Assembly: GCA_000934665.2 (NCBI GenBank)
Contig: JYFJ02000716.1
Location: 1 to 64,000 of the forward strand
Direction: 5' to 3'
DNA: 64,000 nt
Origin: Catajapyx aquilonaris
Taxonomy: Eukaryota
Within the stretch, counting starts at the first letter, position 1; each line of letters starts with the position of its first letter. The translations under genes and the position numbers were made by a program. The notes under the pieces were generated by a model. The model saw nothing but the letters and a program-made list of their open reading frames with translations, had not been told where the DNA came from and ran no database searches. Shown one piece after another: positions 11,756 to 23,659 of the stretch.

Positions 11756-14272
11756 TTATTTGATTAACTTGTAGTGAGTCAAGAGAGCCATCAACGATGG
11801 TCCTTTAGCCCCCACAAAGTCTGAAAAAAAGGAAGGAGTAATCCCTGAAGCTAACATGACTGATTTATCTCCAATAGATCCAGGAATATAGTTTGTAGCA
11901 GGGTATGTTGAATGCATTGCGTCCACCATAGAGTCCACCACTTCGCTCACGTCGGTGGTCTGAAAAAAATAGTTTGTCTAGTCATTTCTGTACATTGTGC
12001 CTCCCGTATTTCCTCACTACATAATAAATTATTATTATACACACTGAGTACATAATTATTGGCGGGAGTAAAAATATTGTTACATACACACTGCGTCCTT
12101 ATTAATCATGCAAATCAACAGCGGAATATCATTAGTCACAATATCAACTATCGTTCTGGTTAGGCAGTAATGATATTCAGAATAATATTTTTCTATTATT
12201 ATTATTCATCATTGTCTCTTACTGATTACCATCTCTCTTGGGTGACATTATGATATTATTGTAGAGTCAATTGAAAGAAACATGCCACAAGAGCATTGTA
12301 CTGTGGTATTTCAAGTGGAGAAACGAGAGGACAGTGCCATCGCTACGAAAGACATATAAACCTTACAATTATAATCAACATCGAAGGCAGATATCGAATC
12401 AAATTAAAATTCTAATTGCCCACATTGTTATGGTGTTGTTACACTATTTTGCATACATTTTTAAAGATTCGCTCGCACAGTAACCAAATATGCACGATGG
12501 TGAGGTTCATGAACTAAAACACATAGTTAAACTCATTACTTACCCCAGTCGAGACGACTGATACCAATGCTTTGATTTGAGCGTCATCTTGGGAGTTGTT
12601 TTCTCTCCTTTTTGTTTCTTTTATTTCGGAGACAGGAATTAGATTGGTGGCTAAAATGGCACAAAATTCACAATCAAATGGAGGTCATTTTATTTTTTTG
12701 AAGTCGGTAGTCGGCTCTCTCGAAGAGAAAAATGCTGTTGAAATATTTGGCGACTACAATTAGTTTATCATAATACGATATACGCGGTTAAAATGCATGC
12801 ATGAACTTGGTGAATCTATGACCTTCTGATTTATAGGGGGAACTTCTTTTAAACTGAAAGTGAAGTGATATATACCATTGACAAAGTTTCCTGGATCGAT
12901 GGTGATCACTCGCATTCCACTCGGTGACAATTCCTGTCTGATGCACTCCGAGAAACCCTTCAGAGCGTATTTAGATGAACAGTATGCCGATGTGAGAGGA
13001 GCCCCCACAAGGCTGCACATGCTGCATACATTCACAATACGACCTGAAACAAAAAAAGGGTCAATAGAAATCATTCATTTTAGTGCCGAAAGGTTTAGGC
13101 TAATATTGATATAGAAGGCATTTAATGAGGAACAAGTGTTCCTACTTTTGATACTCCCTACATTACGTTGTACAAAATGTCCATGAACTCTCATAGTTGC
13201 CTCGTCCAAAAAAATAACGGTTCGATTTCACAAAAAAATATGGGGAAATATTCTGTGTAGCACACCTATCCGTATTATGTGCTATGCAAAATATTTCCCA
13301 TTCATCATTCTAGATGTTAATGAGAAATTACAAAGCACCTGAAAAGCACAGCCTTACCTTGAGGTATATACTCACCGACGCGACGTTGTGATCCATGTAA
13401 TAACACAGTAGTCAATGCAATAATATTCATTTCTAACCTTTTGCTTTCTCAAGCACAGGTAGAAAGGCTTTCGTCATTCTAATGTGCCCGTAAAGGTTGA
13501 CAGATATGAGTTTCTCATATGTTGCCAGTTCATAATTCTCAAAGTAGCCTAAGTCCGAAATGCCTGCGTTGTTGATTAAGCCCCATAATCCTGAAATATT
13601 GATATAGCGAAGATTTCTCTTTAAAAATATAAGTATACCTAGGTATACACTATAAAGCAATAACCACATACCATCTGATTTTTCTGGGAGATTGTCTGTC
13701 ACGTACAGCACAGCTTGTTGCACGCTCTTCTCTGAGGTTATATCCAGCTGAATGACATGCATTCTGTCCGACTTCATTTCACGCAGCTTGGTGGCACCCT
13801 CGCCGCCTTTATCCAAAAAGAGGCAGCCGGCATACACGGTGAAGCCCTGAGTTACAATATTAATCATACACAATATGCAGGCTTGGAAAATTGGGCGATA
13901 ATGAGTATAACTTACAAGTCCATGCAATGTGCGGGCTGCAGCATGTCCAAATCCCGAATCACAACCTGAGATAACCACTGCCTTTCCCTTTGAGTCGAGC
14001 TGACAAAAATACAAATAGGTTATAAGAATCTTAGACGTGTGATTGTTGAAAATATGACCAGCAATTTGCTACAGCTTAAAATATATTACCTTATAGGACC
14101 GTATGACCCATAGCCATCCATAGAAAATGACAGACATCGTGAGTCCCCAGGTGCCAAATGGACTGCAGATGCTGAACCCAAACAACCACAGCAGGAATGT
14201 CCCGACAATGCATACCCCTAAGAAAGAGAATTTCTCTTTCATCATGTCATTGTAGTTTGGAAAAAACGCCAT
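11756..14272 (-). CDS. SDR9C-family dehydrogenase, copy 4, ~357 aa
   Basis: Exons 14272-14090, 13999-13916, 13846-13672, 13590-13438, 13043-12876, 12650-12544, 11959-11756. Motifs SGCDSGFG, NNAGI, YCSSK. Confidence 0.9.
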
Positions 14273-14573
14273 CTCCTGGAAATAGTGGCAAAAGAATATT
14301 ACTGGTACGGTACATTAGGAACACACCCGTTATTAATGAAACTAATTTCTTCACATCTTTAAAGTTACCCTTTCATTGTCATCTCTGACACTGTGTAGCG
14401 TCGCATTATTTCAAATAGACCATCCTTGTTATTGTGCTAGCTTCGTTAAATTATACGTATGAACATTTAAATATCTTCCGACACATTATTGTGTGTTATA
14501 TTACCAAATTGAGATCCTTAATAATATAATTATGTCGCGAGGAATATTTCCTTGGTAATTGGAAGGCCGTAGT

Positions 14574-14675
14574 ACTTACTCAAAATAATGTGACTGACTT
14601 CAGATGACCCTGCTGTGGGACGTGTTTAAACACTGAAAGTACGTAGTATAGATCTCTGCAGTTGCACTTGCGTAA
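14574..14675 (-). promoter_or_regulatory. Putative core promoter and non-coding first exon of SDR copy 4
   Basis: TCAGT at 14636-14632, donor at 14579-14574, TTACGCAA at 14675-14668. Confidence 0.5.
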
Positions 14676-15324
14676 AATGGAGGGTATGATGATGCGGAAA
14701 TCTTTCCTAAGATGATAGAGTATCGCTGACAACAATTTATATCTAGGGAAAAATATTACGTTTAATAAAAAAGAAGCTGAATGGCATTGGAAGGGTCTGC
14801 AGTACTACAAAATAATGCAGTTACGCCAGACTGGATGTGTGAGAAACAGATATTGCTTAAGAATTTTTAATTAAAAAACAGTGTAAGAAAATAATCGGAA
14901 TCGAGCAAGTTCTTACATGTATTACCCCAGTAGAGCAGGTATATACTCTGAAGCAATCCTACGCATAACATAATGCCAAAAAAATTCCATGTTTCGAATC
15001 GATCCTATTTTATAAGTTGATAGTCCCTCACGCCTGCTTCACGCTTTGTTCTGCTCCATTGTTGGGTCGTAAACTCAAGCATTGACAATTCGACATAAAA
15101 AGACAGAGATGACGTGTGAATATAATTATAATTACTGGAAAACGGTTTTTCGGTAAGCTAAAAGTTTAATATTATGGGTAATATGCCGAATCCAAATGTG
15201 GAATCTTGTGCCAGACTAGTTGAGATGAATTGACAATACAAGTGTGTACGTATACTAAGAAATTCTCCACTTTTGTCGACCACGGATGTACAATACAGTA
15301 AGCCAGTGTCTCACTTCATACTTA

Positions 15325-15476
15325 CCACTGGATTCCTCAATCAGAGGTAGAAAGGCTTTCGTCATTCTGATGTGCCCAAAACAGTTGACAGTCTTTCGTA
15401 GGATTCGAGAGAATGAACTTATTTTAAAATAGGCGAGTTCCCCAATGCCTGCATTGTTAATTAAGCCCCATAATCC
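15325..15476 (-). pseudogene. Orphan, degenerate SDR exon 4
   Basis: Reads GLWGLINNAGIGELAYF..., then an indel, then ...FGHIRMTKAFLPLI; splice sites partly retained. Confidence 0.75.
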
Positions 15477-15585
15477 TGAAATAATAAGAATGGAAACGTA
15501 ATTACCATTTTGACTGAATTATAGAATGAACTTATTTAATTGATTTTAATATGGATTCTTAGGGTTACTTTTACCTACATTGGGA

Positions 15586-15737
15586 TTACATAAATAAGAG
15601 TGTAGGTTTAAATCCCACTGTTAACATAAAAAACTTGTCCATAATGGATCCAGTAATGTATTTTGTAGCAGGGGATGTTGAATGCACGGAGGCCACCAGC
15701 ATGGAGTTCACCATCACTTCGCTTACATCGTTAGTCT
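15586..15737 (-). pseudogene. Orphan, degenerate SDR exon 7
   Basis: TNDVSEVMVNSMLVASVHSTSPATKYITGSIMDK aligns with exon 7 of the intact copies, with insertions and an early stop. Confidence 0.75.
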
Positions 15738-16098
15738 GCAAATCCTTAGTCCGAAATTTCTTTCTTACTTTGCGACTGTTCGAGATGAAAGAGAGAAACG
15801 CCAATCGCAGAGAAGTAGGTCTAAATACCTTTATTCTCGAGAGTGAGTTTTTTCAGCTTCTATCATATAATGATGAGGGATTCCTTTTCTTCCCCCAAAA
15901 ATATGTCAAATTTATAAAAAAAACTCTCACAAGGAGTAAGAAGAAAGAGAAGAAATGGAAGGAATTTAAAATCAGGAAACCACGTCACTCATTGCTGTCA
16001 GATACTCTATGACAGAAAATATGCTTCATTCGATTAAGAGATTCTTAAACACACTGCTTTTCCCAATGCCATGGAACATCGTATCAAATATGCATTAT

Positions 16099-18775
16099 TT
16101 AATGTTTGATTAACTTGTATTGAGAGAGAAAAAAAAGCAACGATGATGCGTTCACTGCCACCAAGTCCCCAATGAAAGTAGGCGTGAACCCCGCAATTAA
16201 CATGATCACTTTATCTGCAATAGACCCTGGAATGTAATTCGTAGCAGGGTATGTTGAATGCACTGCGTCCACCATGGAGTCCACAACTTCTCTCAGGTCC
16301 GAATTCTGCAAAAAAGAGTTTGTCAAGACATGACCATACATTTACTCATGCACCATCTGACTACGTAACAAAATAATATCGTACGCATAGTTAAATGCTT
16401 ACCCCAACCGCAAGGAGTGCTGCCATTGCTGTGATGTGATCGACATCTTTGATCGTGTCTTCTCGCCTTTCTATTTCCCTTACTTTGGAGACAGAATATA
16501 TGCTGGTTGCTAAATTGGAAGAAAGAAACACAAAAACTATTATGAATGGACATGATTACATTTTTACGACCTGGTCGTACTGCAGGTGATTCACTAAAAC
16601 GAACATTAAAAATGAACATGATTACTGCGCAGCATCTTTAGTACAGTGTGACAACTCTACAAAAATAACGGTCTATTACAATATTGGATACTTCAGCAAG
16701 TTTATTAAATTATTCTGTTTTATAGAACGGTATGTGGCTCAAAAGTACGTTGCCATGAGCATGTACAGAGAGCTAACCGAGCAACACAGATGTTCTACAG
16801 GTAACCTATATAATCACTTTGCTATTTGCTATAATCGCTCTGAATGTATTCAAGGACTAGGAGGCGAATTTATAACCTTCGGGTGTGATTAGGTGAATGG
16901 GTCCGAAAAAATTATGGAGAGTAAATAGTTACCCTTTACAAAGTTTCCCGGATCGATGGTGATCACTCGCATTCCACTCGGTGACAATTCCTGCCTGATG
17001 CACTCGGAGAAGCCCTTCAGAGCCCACTTGGATGAACAGTATGCTGAACCAAGAGGACCGCCCAAAATGCTGCACATGCTGCATACATTCACGACACGGC
17101 CTGAAACAAAAAGGTGTATGGTTTGACAATGGGAAGTAATTTTCATGCAGAGAGGTGCAATAAAATTATGTCACAGAATGCATTTAATTGATTCACACAG
17201 AGTGGCCAGTTACTCATCATCCCCGGGTGGTGTTGCCTTATGAAGGTCCTTTATTAGGATAATAATATTCCTATAACAAACCTTTACTTCTAGAGAGAGT
17301 ACAAAGGCAGCACCTTGCATCTGTATTACACAGTGCAGTGTAATAATAGACTGACAACCTCACGTATAGTGTTGTGATCCATGCAATTCCACAGTCGTGT
17401 ATGTTTCATCACTTACCATGTGCTTTGTCAAGCAGAGGTAGAAAAGCTTTCGTCATCCTGACGTGTCCGTGAAAGTTGACAGACATGACTTTTTCATAGG
17501 TTTCCATGGTCGTATTTTCAAAGTAGCCTACCTCCGCAATGCCTGCGTTGTTGATTAACCCCCACAATTCTGAAACAATGAAAATAGTCTAGAGTCATCT
17601 TTAAACTTGGTACATTTTGATACATTAGTTAAAAGTTGGCTCAATTCACTGGGGGCCTTCGCATCCTGATTACAAACGAAGTTCATTAATCCTTTGTAGA
17701 TTTAGATGTAGAATAATTACCCAGTGGGCCTCTCAGTGGGGTTAATCCTCTATAAACTTATACGTACAGTACATTGTATATGAATAACATGGATTAACCA
17801 CTTGTGCTGACTTTATCAAGATGACATATCGGCCCTTCCTATTCGTATGCAGACAATGACCCCATACCTTTTGATATGTCTGGGAGATTGTCAGTCACGT
17901 ACTGCACAGCTTGTTGCACGCTCTTCTCTGAGGTTATATCCAGCTGAATGACATGCATTCTGTCCGACTTCATTTCACGCAGCTTGGTGGCACCCTCGCC
18001 GCCTTTATCCAAAAAGAGGCAGCCGGCATACACGGTGAAGCCCTGCGTTACAATATTATTAATTCACATGGTGCTACTTAAGAGGTATGGAATGTTGGAG
18101 CTAATGAGTAACTTACAAGTCCATGCAATGTACAGGCTGCAGCATGACCAAATCCAGAATCACATCCTGAGATCACCACTGCTTTTCCATTCGCCTCGAG
18201 CTGCCAAAAATAAATCATGTTACATTTTAAAAACATCTGGACACACGTCTAAGCATTACTTGATAATGAAAAGCTGAAGCATATGGTATAATAATTTATT
18301 ATGGTCATCATGCTTTGAACTTCTTCAAGATGGGGCAAGTTGAATCTGTTGCGATATAAATCGTGAGTTGTAACATACAGTACGCTAATATTATGGTGCA
18401 GCTATGCAACAAGATGTTAGTATGTGGCTTCTGATGTGCTCATTTTATGTTCAGTCCCAACCAGTATATTTCATATCAGTTACATCATAATATACCAAAA
18501 CGTACTGTCGTAATAATATAATGTCCTAAGCGAATTACAGACTTTTGATTTTTGAAATGTCATGTGTTACCCTTTAAATAATTATTAATTACCTCTCGCG
18601 ATCTTAAGACCCATATCCATCCACAGAAAAGGACCGTAATCGTGAGTACCCAGATGACAAATGCACTGGAGATGTTGAACCCCAAAAACCCCAGCAAGAT
18701 TGTCCAGATGATGCACACGGGTAATAAAGAGAACTTCTCTTTCAGCATGTCATTGTAGTCTGGAAAAAACGCCAT
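16099..18775 (-). CDS. SDR9C-family dehydrogenase, copy 5, ~358 aa
   Basis: Exons 18775-18593, 18200-18117, 18042-17868, 17569-17417, 17100-16933, 16509-16403, 16305-16099. Motifs SGCDSGFG, NNAGI, YCSSK. Confidence 0.9.
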
Positions 18776-19515
18776 CTCCTGAAAATAATGTCAGGAATAT
18801 ATTACATTCCATCATTATTCAACACGCCCCACACCATGATGAGCAATGGAAGTTTTAATTATTGCGAGATGAAAAGATAGAGGGCAACATAGCAGCAGCA
18901 AGAGGCTTAACAAATTAAAACAATGAAAATAATTAGAAGTAGTACCGCTTAATTTGTTTGAATCAACTTACTTCTGATGGTCACAAGTGACTGACTGGGA
19001 ATGCTAGCAAAGTGCCGCAAAGTGCACTTCATAGCTTTGCACAATATATTGCAATATATTGTGAGAGGACTGAGTGATATAAAGGTTACGCAACCCCAGA
19101 TAACATGACTCTGGAGAATATCAATGCATGACGACAACCTTGAGAAAAAAACGACATTATCAAGGTTAATTTAAGCTACACTCTCGCAACACATTAAGCC
19201 ATATTATGTGCCTTAACACAGTTAATTCAGTTTGTTAAAACTAGAGGTATGCGACACTTCGGAAATGACTTCTCAACAGTAGTACTTGCTTCATTATTTA
19301 TTTGGATTTTAAAAATGCAATTGCACCAGTTTCAATTGAAAGCTTATTCATGCACTTGAATATATTGTCACTGGCAGCACATGCTGGCCACATGCATCAA
19401 TAAACAGTACAGACATGCCTGGCAGAGCATGTCAACAGTCTTTAATTTCTTAGAAATAAAAATGTACATTAGCGCCAACGCATTTCTCGACCAAGACATT
19501 AAATTATTTCTTATC

Positions 19516-21805
19516 TCAGCCTTTCAACTTCTTCCTGGAAGACAGTGCACATAACAACGCAAATAATGCTGATTGCGCCATGTCCGAAATAAACGTAGGA
19601 ATTAATCCCGCAGTTAACATGACAACTTTGTCAAACGTAGACCCGGGAATGTAATTTGTAGCAGGGTATGTTGAATTCACAGCGTCCACCATGGAGCCCA
19701 CCACTTCGCCTAGGTCGGAGCTCTGGAAAAAATATAGAGAAAGAGATGCAGTAACTGTGATATTTGTCCACAAAGAACAATATTGACCAAAAGTATTGCC
19801 GTGCTACATAACTAGTGTTATTTATCCATAGTATAGTATAGTCTTTTTCCATCTGCATAAAGTCACGATATTTGAAATTAACCCATCGACAGAGTGATGG
19901 TAGAGCCCAATCAACTAATATATGAAAATTTTGTCAGTGTTTATTATCTCTTAAGAATTTTTCAATTTCAACTTGTGCCTGGCAGGAATTTCAAGCGCGT
20001 CGCAGTAGAGAGTTTTTCCCCCCGGATTTTTTTCGAAAACAAAAGGAAACATCATACGCACCCCAACTAAACGAATGGCTTTCATGGCATGCCTGTTGCT
20101 GATGTCTTTGGTATCGAAACCGGATATTGCATCCTTCTGTTTAAATTCAGGAAATATACACGTGCCTGAAATGGAAAGAAAGTGTTCACATTATTTTGAA
20201 TATAGTCACTGGAAGGTGTAAGTTACTGTAATCATCGAAACGCAGTATTACCCTTTATGAAGTTCCCAGGATCAATTGTGATCACTCGGATTCCCTTTGG
20301 CGAGAGTTCCTGCCTGATGCACTCGGAGAAGCCCTTCAGAGCCCACTTGGAAGAAACATACGCCGATGAAAGCACAACTCCTAAAAGGCTCATCAAACTG
20401 CAGACATTTACAATGCGGCCTGAAAAGATGTTATTCAGATATAAGTAAAAAAATAGCATGCGTAATATTTAAATTAAACCTACGACTCGCTGTGACGACC
20501 AATTTAATTCATACACACCATTGCATTTCTGAAGTAAAGGTAAGAAGGCTTTTGTCATTCTGATGTGTCCATGGAAATTGACAGCCATGATTTTCTCATA
20601 TGCTTCCAGGGGCTGATGCTGGACATCGCCTGCTTGACCGATGCCTGCGTTGTTGATCAAGGCCCATAATCCTGACAAATTCAGAGAAAATGTGAGCATT
20701 ATCAATAAGACAAATACATTTATCAGTAGGCCTATTATAAATTGGTGTAATTCTCAGCCCGCTGATGATACATATTATTATAGTGAGCCATGGCCTCTGA
20801 CGTTGGGCATTTTTTTCGGAAAGGCTGAATCATATGTACGTACAGTACCTTCTGATCTTGGTGAGAGGTTGTTAGACACGTAATTCACAGCTTCTTCCAC
20901 GCTTTTCTCTGACGTTACATCCAGCTGAATGACGTGCATTCTATCCGATTTTATTTCAAGCAGTTTGGCCGCACCCTCTCCGCCTTTATCCAACAAGAGA
21001 CAGCCGGCATACACGGTGAAACCCTATAACATGACAAGATTAGTTAACTAATAATACACACTGTTCAGTATACTCTGTAATAATATTACTTACATGCTCA
21101 TGCAATTTGTAGGCAGCAGCTTGACCAAATCCAGAATCACATCCGGAGACAAGCACTGCCCTTCCATTAGGATCAAGCTGAGAAGAAAATTTTGCCGTTA
21201 TTTTCCAATGTTATCATATTTTAATTTTTCTAAAGAAACGGATTTATTGAAATGAAAAAGAGCGAGGTCATGGCTAATATCTAGACGAAGATGTTGCCTG
21301 CCAGATTTGGCTTTTATACTGGTAAGATAGCAATTATGACCTTCGACCTTGCATGCGATCAGCTGCTGTGTTGCCAACCTTTAACATGGAATGTATCTCT
21401 TGCACTCTTGCCACATTTTATTCTGTCTCTTAGCAGACGAATGATAACAGCTGGTTCAATGAGCTCATTTCCAAATGATGGGCATATTTTGATTTCAAAA
21501 TCTGCATGTATTACTTTGGAAATAACAAGCTATTCTCTCACAAATGTAAATAACTTTGCCATGATACAGCTGACCTGAAGTTGTTAACCTCTTAATTCAA
21601 AGTTAATATACTTAATTATTACCTTTCCAGACCTCAGGATCCATATCCAGCCGCAGAAAAATAAGGGAAGTACTTTCATCCATAATAAAACAGCACTTTG
21701 GATATTCCAGCCGCATAAGAAGAGTAATAGTGGAGCAATAATGAATACTGCTAAGAAGGTATACTTCTCTTTTAGGATATCATTGTAGTCTGGGAAAAAC
21801 GCCAT
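19516..21805 (-). CDS. SDR9C-family dehydrogenase, copy 6 (most divergent), ~357 aa
   Basis: Exons 21805-21623, 21177-21094, 21023-20849, 20671-20519, 20419-20252, 20165-20062, 19722-19516. Motifs SGCDSGFG, NNAGI, YVSSK. Confidence 0.9.
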
Positions 21806-23659
21806 AGCCTGAAAATAATGAAAGAAAAATTCTGATGCATGATATAGTAGGTGTAATGAGGAGGAGGAGGATGATGATGATGATCATGCGAGAAAAGGGG
21901 CATGTTATGATATTACTTGTTCTAGAGTTGCGTGCAATAAATACGGTTCATTCCAGAATAAAATTTTGCAAGACAACTAATTGCCATACGTCAGATCATC
22001 TCTTCACTCATAACGCTCATGAATTGCGAGAATATTCTTCGAGCATTACATTACATAGTACAGCTCGGTTCAATAAAACATTTAATGTTGAATTCTATCT
22101 GTGACAGAAAACTAAAAATACTGCATTTTAACCCACCATTGTGTCAGAATAATAAATGTACGTACGTGTTACTCAAGATAACGTTTGCAATGTCAAATTA
22201 TAATTCAAATTACAGTATTTTAAGGTTTAAAAACCTATTTCTCAATATATTTAAAATAGGTCGAGTGTTTTGGGGTAAATTTGTTATCCAATCTCTTCAA
22301 TTACCTTCGAGTGATTCAATTATTCTTCGAGTGATTTTTCCATCGACGAGTGAATTTTTAAATAAAACCAGAGCAGTAAATATATTTTATTAATCTGCTG
22401 ATCGAGTCTATAAATACAAAAGCTATATTTAATGTCTTTTGAAGCCTTACAGTGGCCAACAATAGAAAGGGAAATCTTTTGCATTATTTGAAAGAGACAG
22501 ATTAACTCATTATAGTCGATTGTCGCCATGATTTTTTAAAGCAGCCATCTTTCAAGGTCGAACCTAAATATTTGAGTCATTTATATACAGAAGCGAGGAA
22601 ACCTAACTAATTCCGAAATAAGACTTTGGTTGCTAATAAGACCAACCCAAATTTCTAATCATCTGATTGCATTAACTTAGGGAATGAGAACGAAGGCATC
22701 CACCACATTATGTGACACCTGACTTACTTACTTTGGCTATGTCCACGTGACGAGCACTGACACTCCCTGGAACACAGTATGCCTCTGCCTCATTTCTATC
22801 ATGTCTATGAGAAATGCATGATGATAAGAGCTTGATTCGGGCTTGGAGCGGCAGATGGTGCACTTGCATAGGTCTTCACTCAGTATTGATCCACCTTGTA
22901 CTTTCTGTAGTCTGTTCCAAAATAATAATTGTCGTGTAGAAAAAAATCATAGCATCACTGATTGTCTGGTTTTAGACAGATTTTCATCGCCCATATAAAA
23001 AATATGTGCTCAATTTGAATTTAATTGACCTTTGCAGCATACAACTACCTTAGAGAGAACGCTGCTAGCACCTGATTTGAATTTATGTGATCCTTTCTGG
23101 CACATAACTAGCAGCAGATTTTACTTATTTACAGTATTGTAAAGACATCAAGAATGCCAAATAAAACTCTAAACACATCACTACATCAGCATTTATTTAT
23201 TGAACTTCCAGAGTATTACAGGATTACAGGTGCAGATATTGTAAATGCTGTCAGGGTGCGCATAGTATGAAGTGATATACATGAGAGCTACTCGGATATA
23301 TACCAGCTCTAAATTGGACCATGCATGCATAGAAATACGGTGTAAAAATATGCAAAAAGCTGGCAACATTCAGTGACTCAAGTATTCTCTCATTTTAAAG
23401 TGCAATACAGCAAACCCTCACTATACAACTGTTGCATTAAAGAAAAATTGGAGTGTGCAAAGAAAACTTCATGATTGCAACTCTCCCGGACTTTGACATT
23501 TTTAAAACTAAAAAAGTAGTCTACACCTCATGTTGGTGATAAACTCTACATTTAATGATCCTGAGAATATCCCCACCTTTGACCATCAACATGTGCGGAA
23601 GTATGTACGTATGTAGTTCAGAAACAGCATGCGTCGTGCACTTAGGGCCATATTATGTC

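Noticed and set aside
3201..21805. Naming the SDRs shroud/Nm-g or BDH1
   Set aside because: The motifs place them in the SDR9C-like group, but orthology cannot be determined without a phylogeny.
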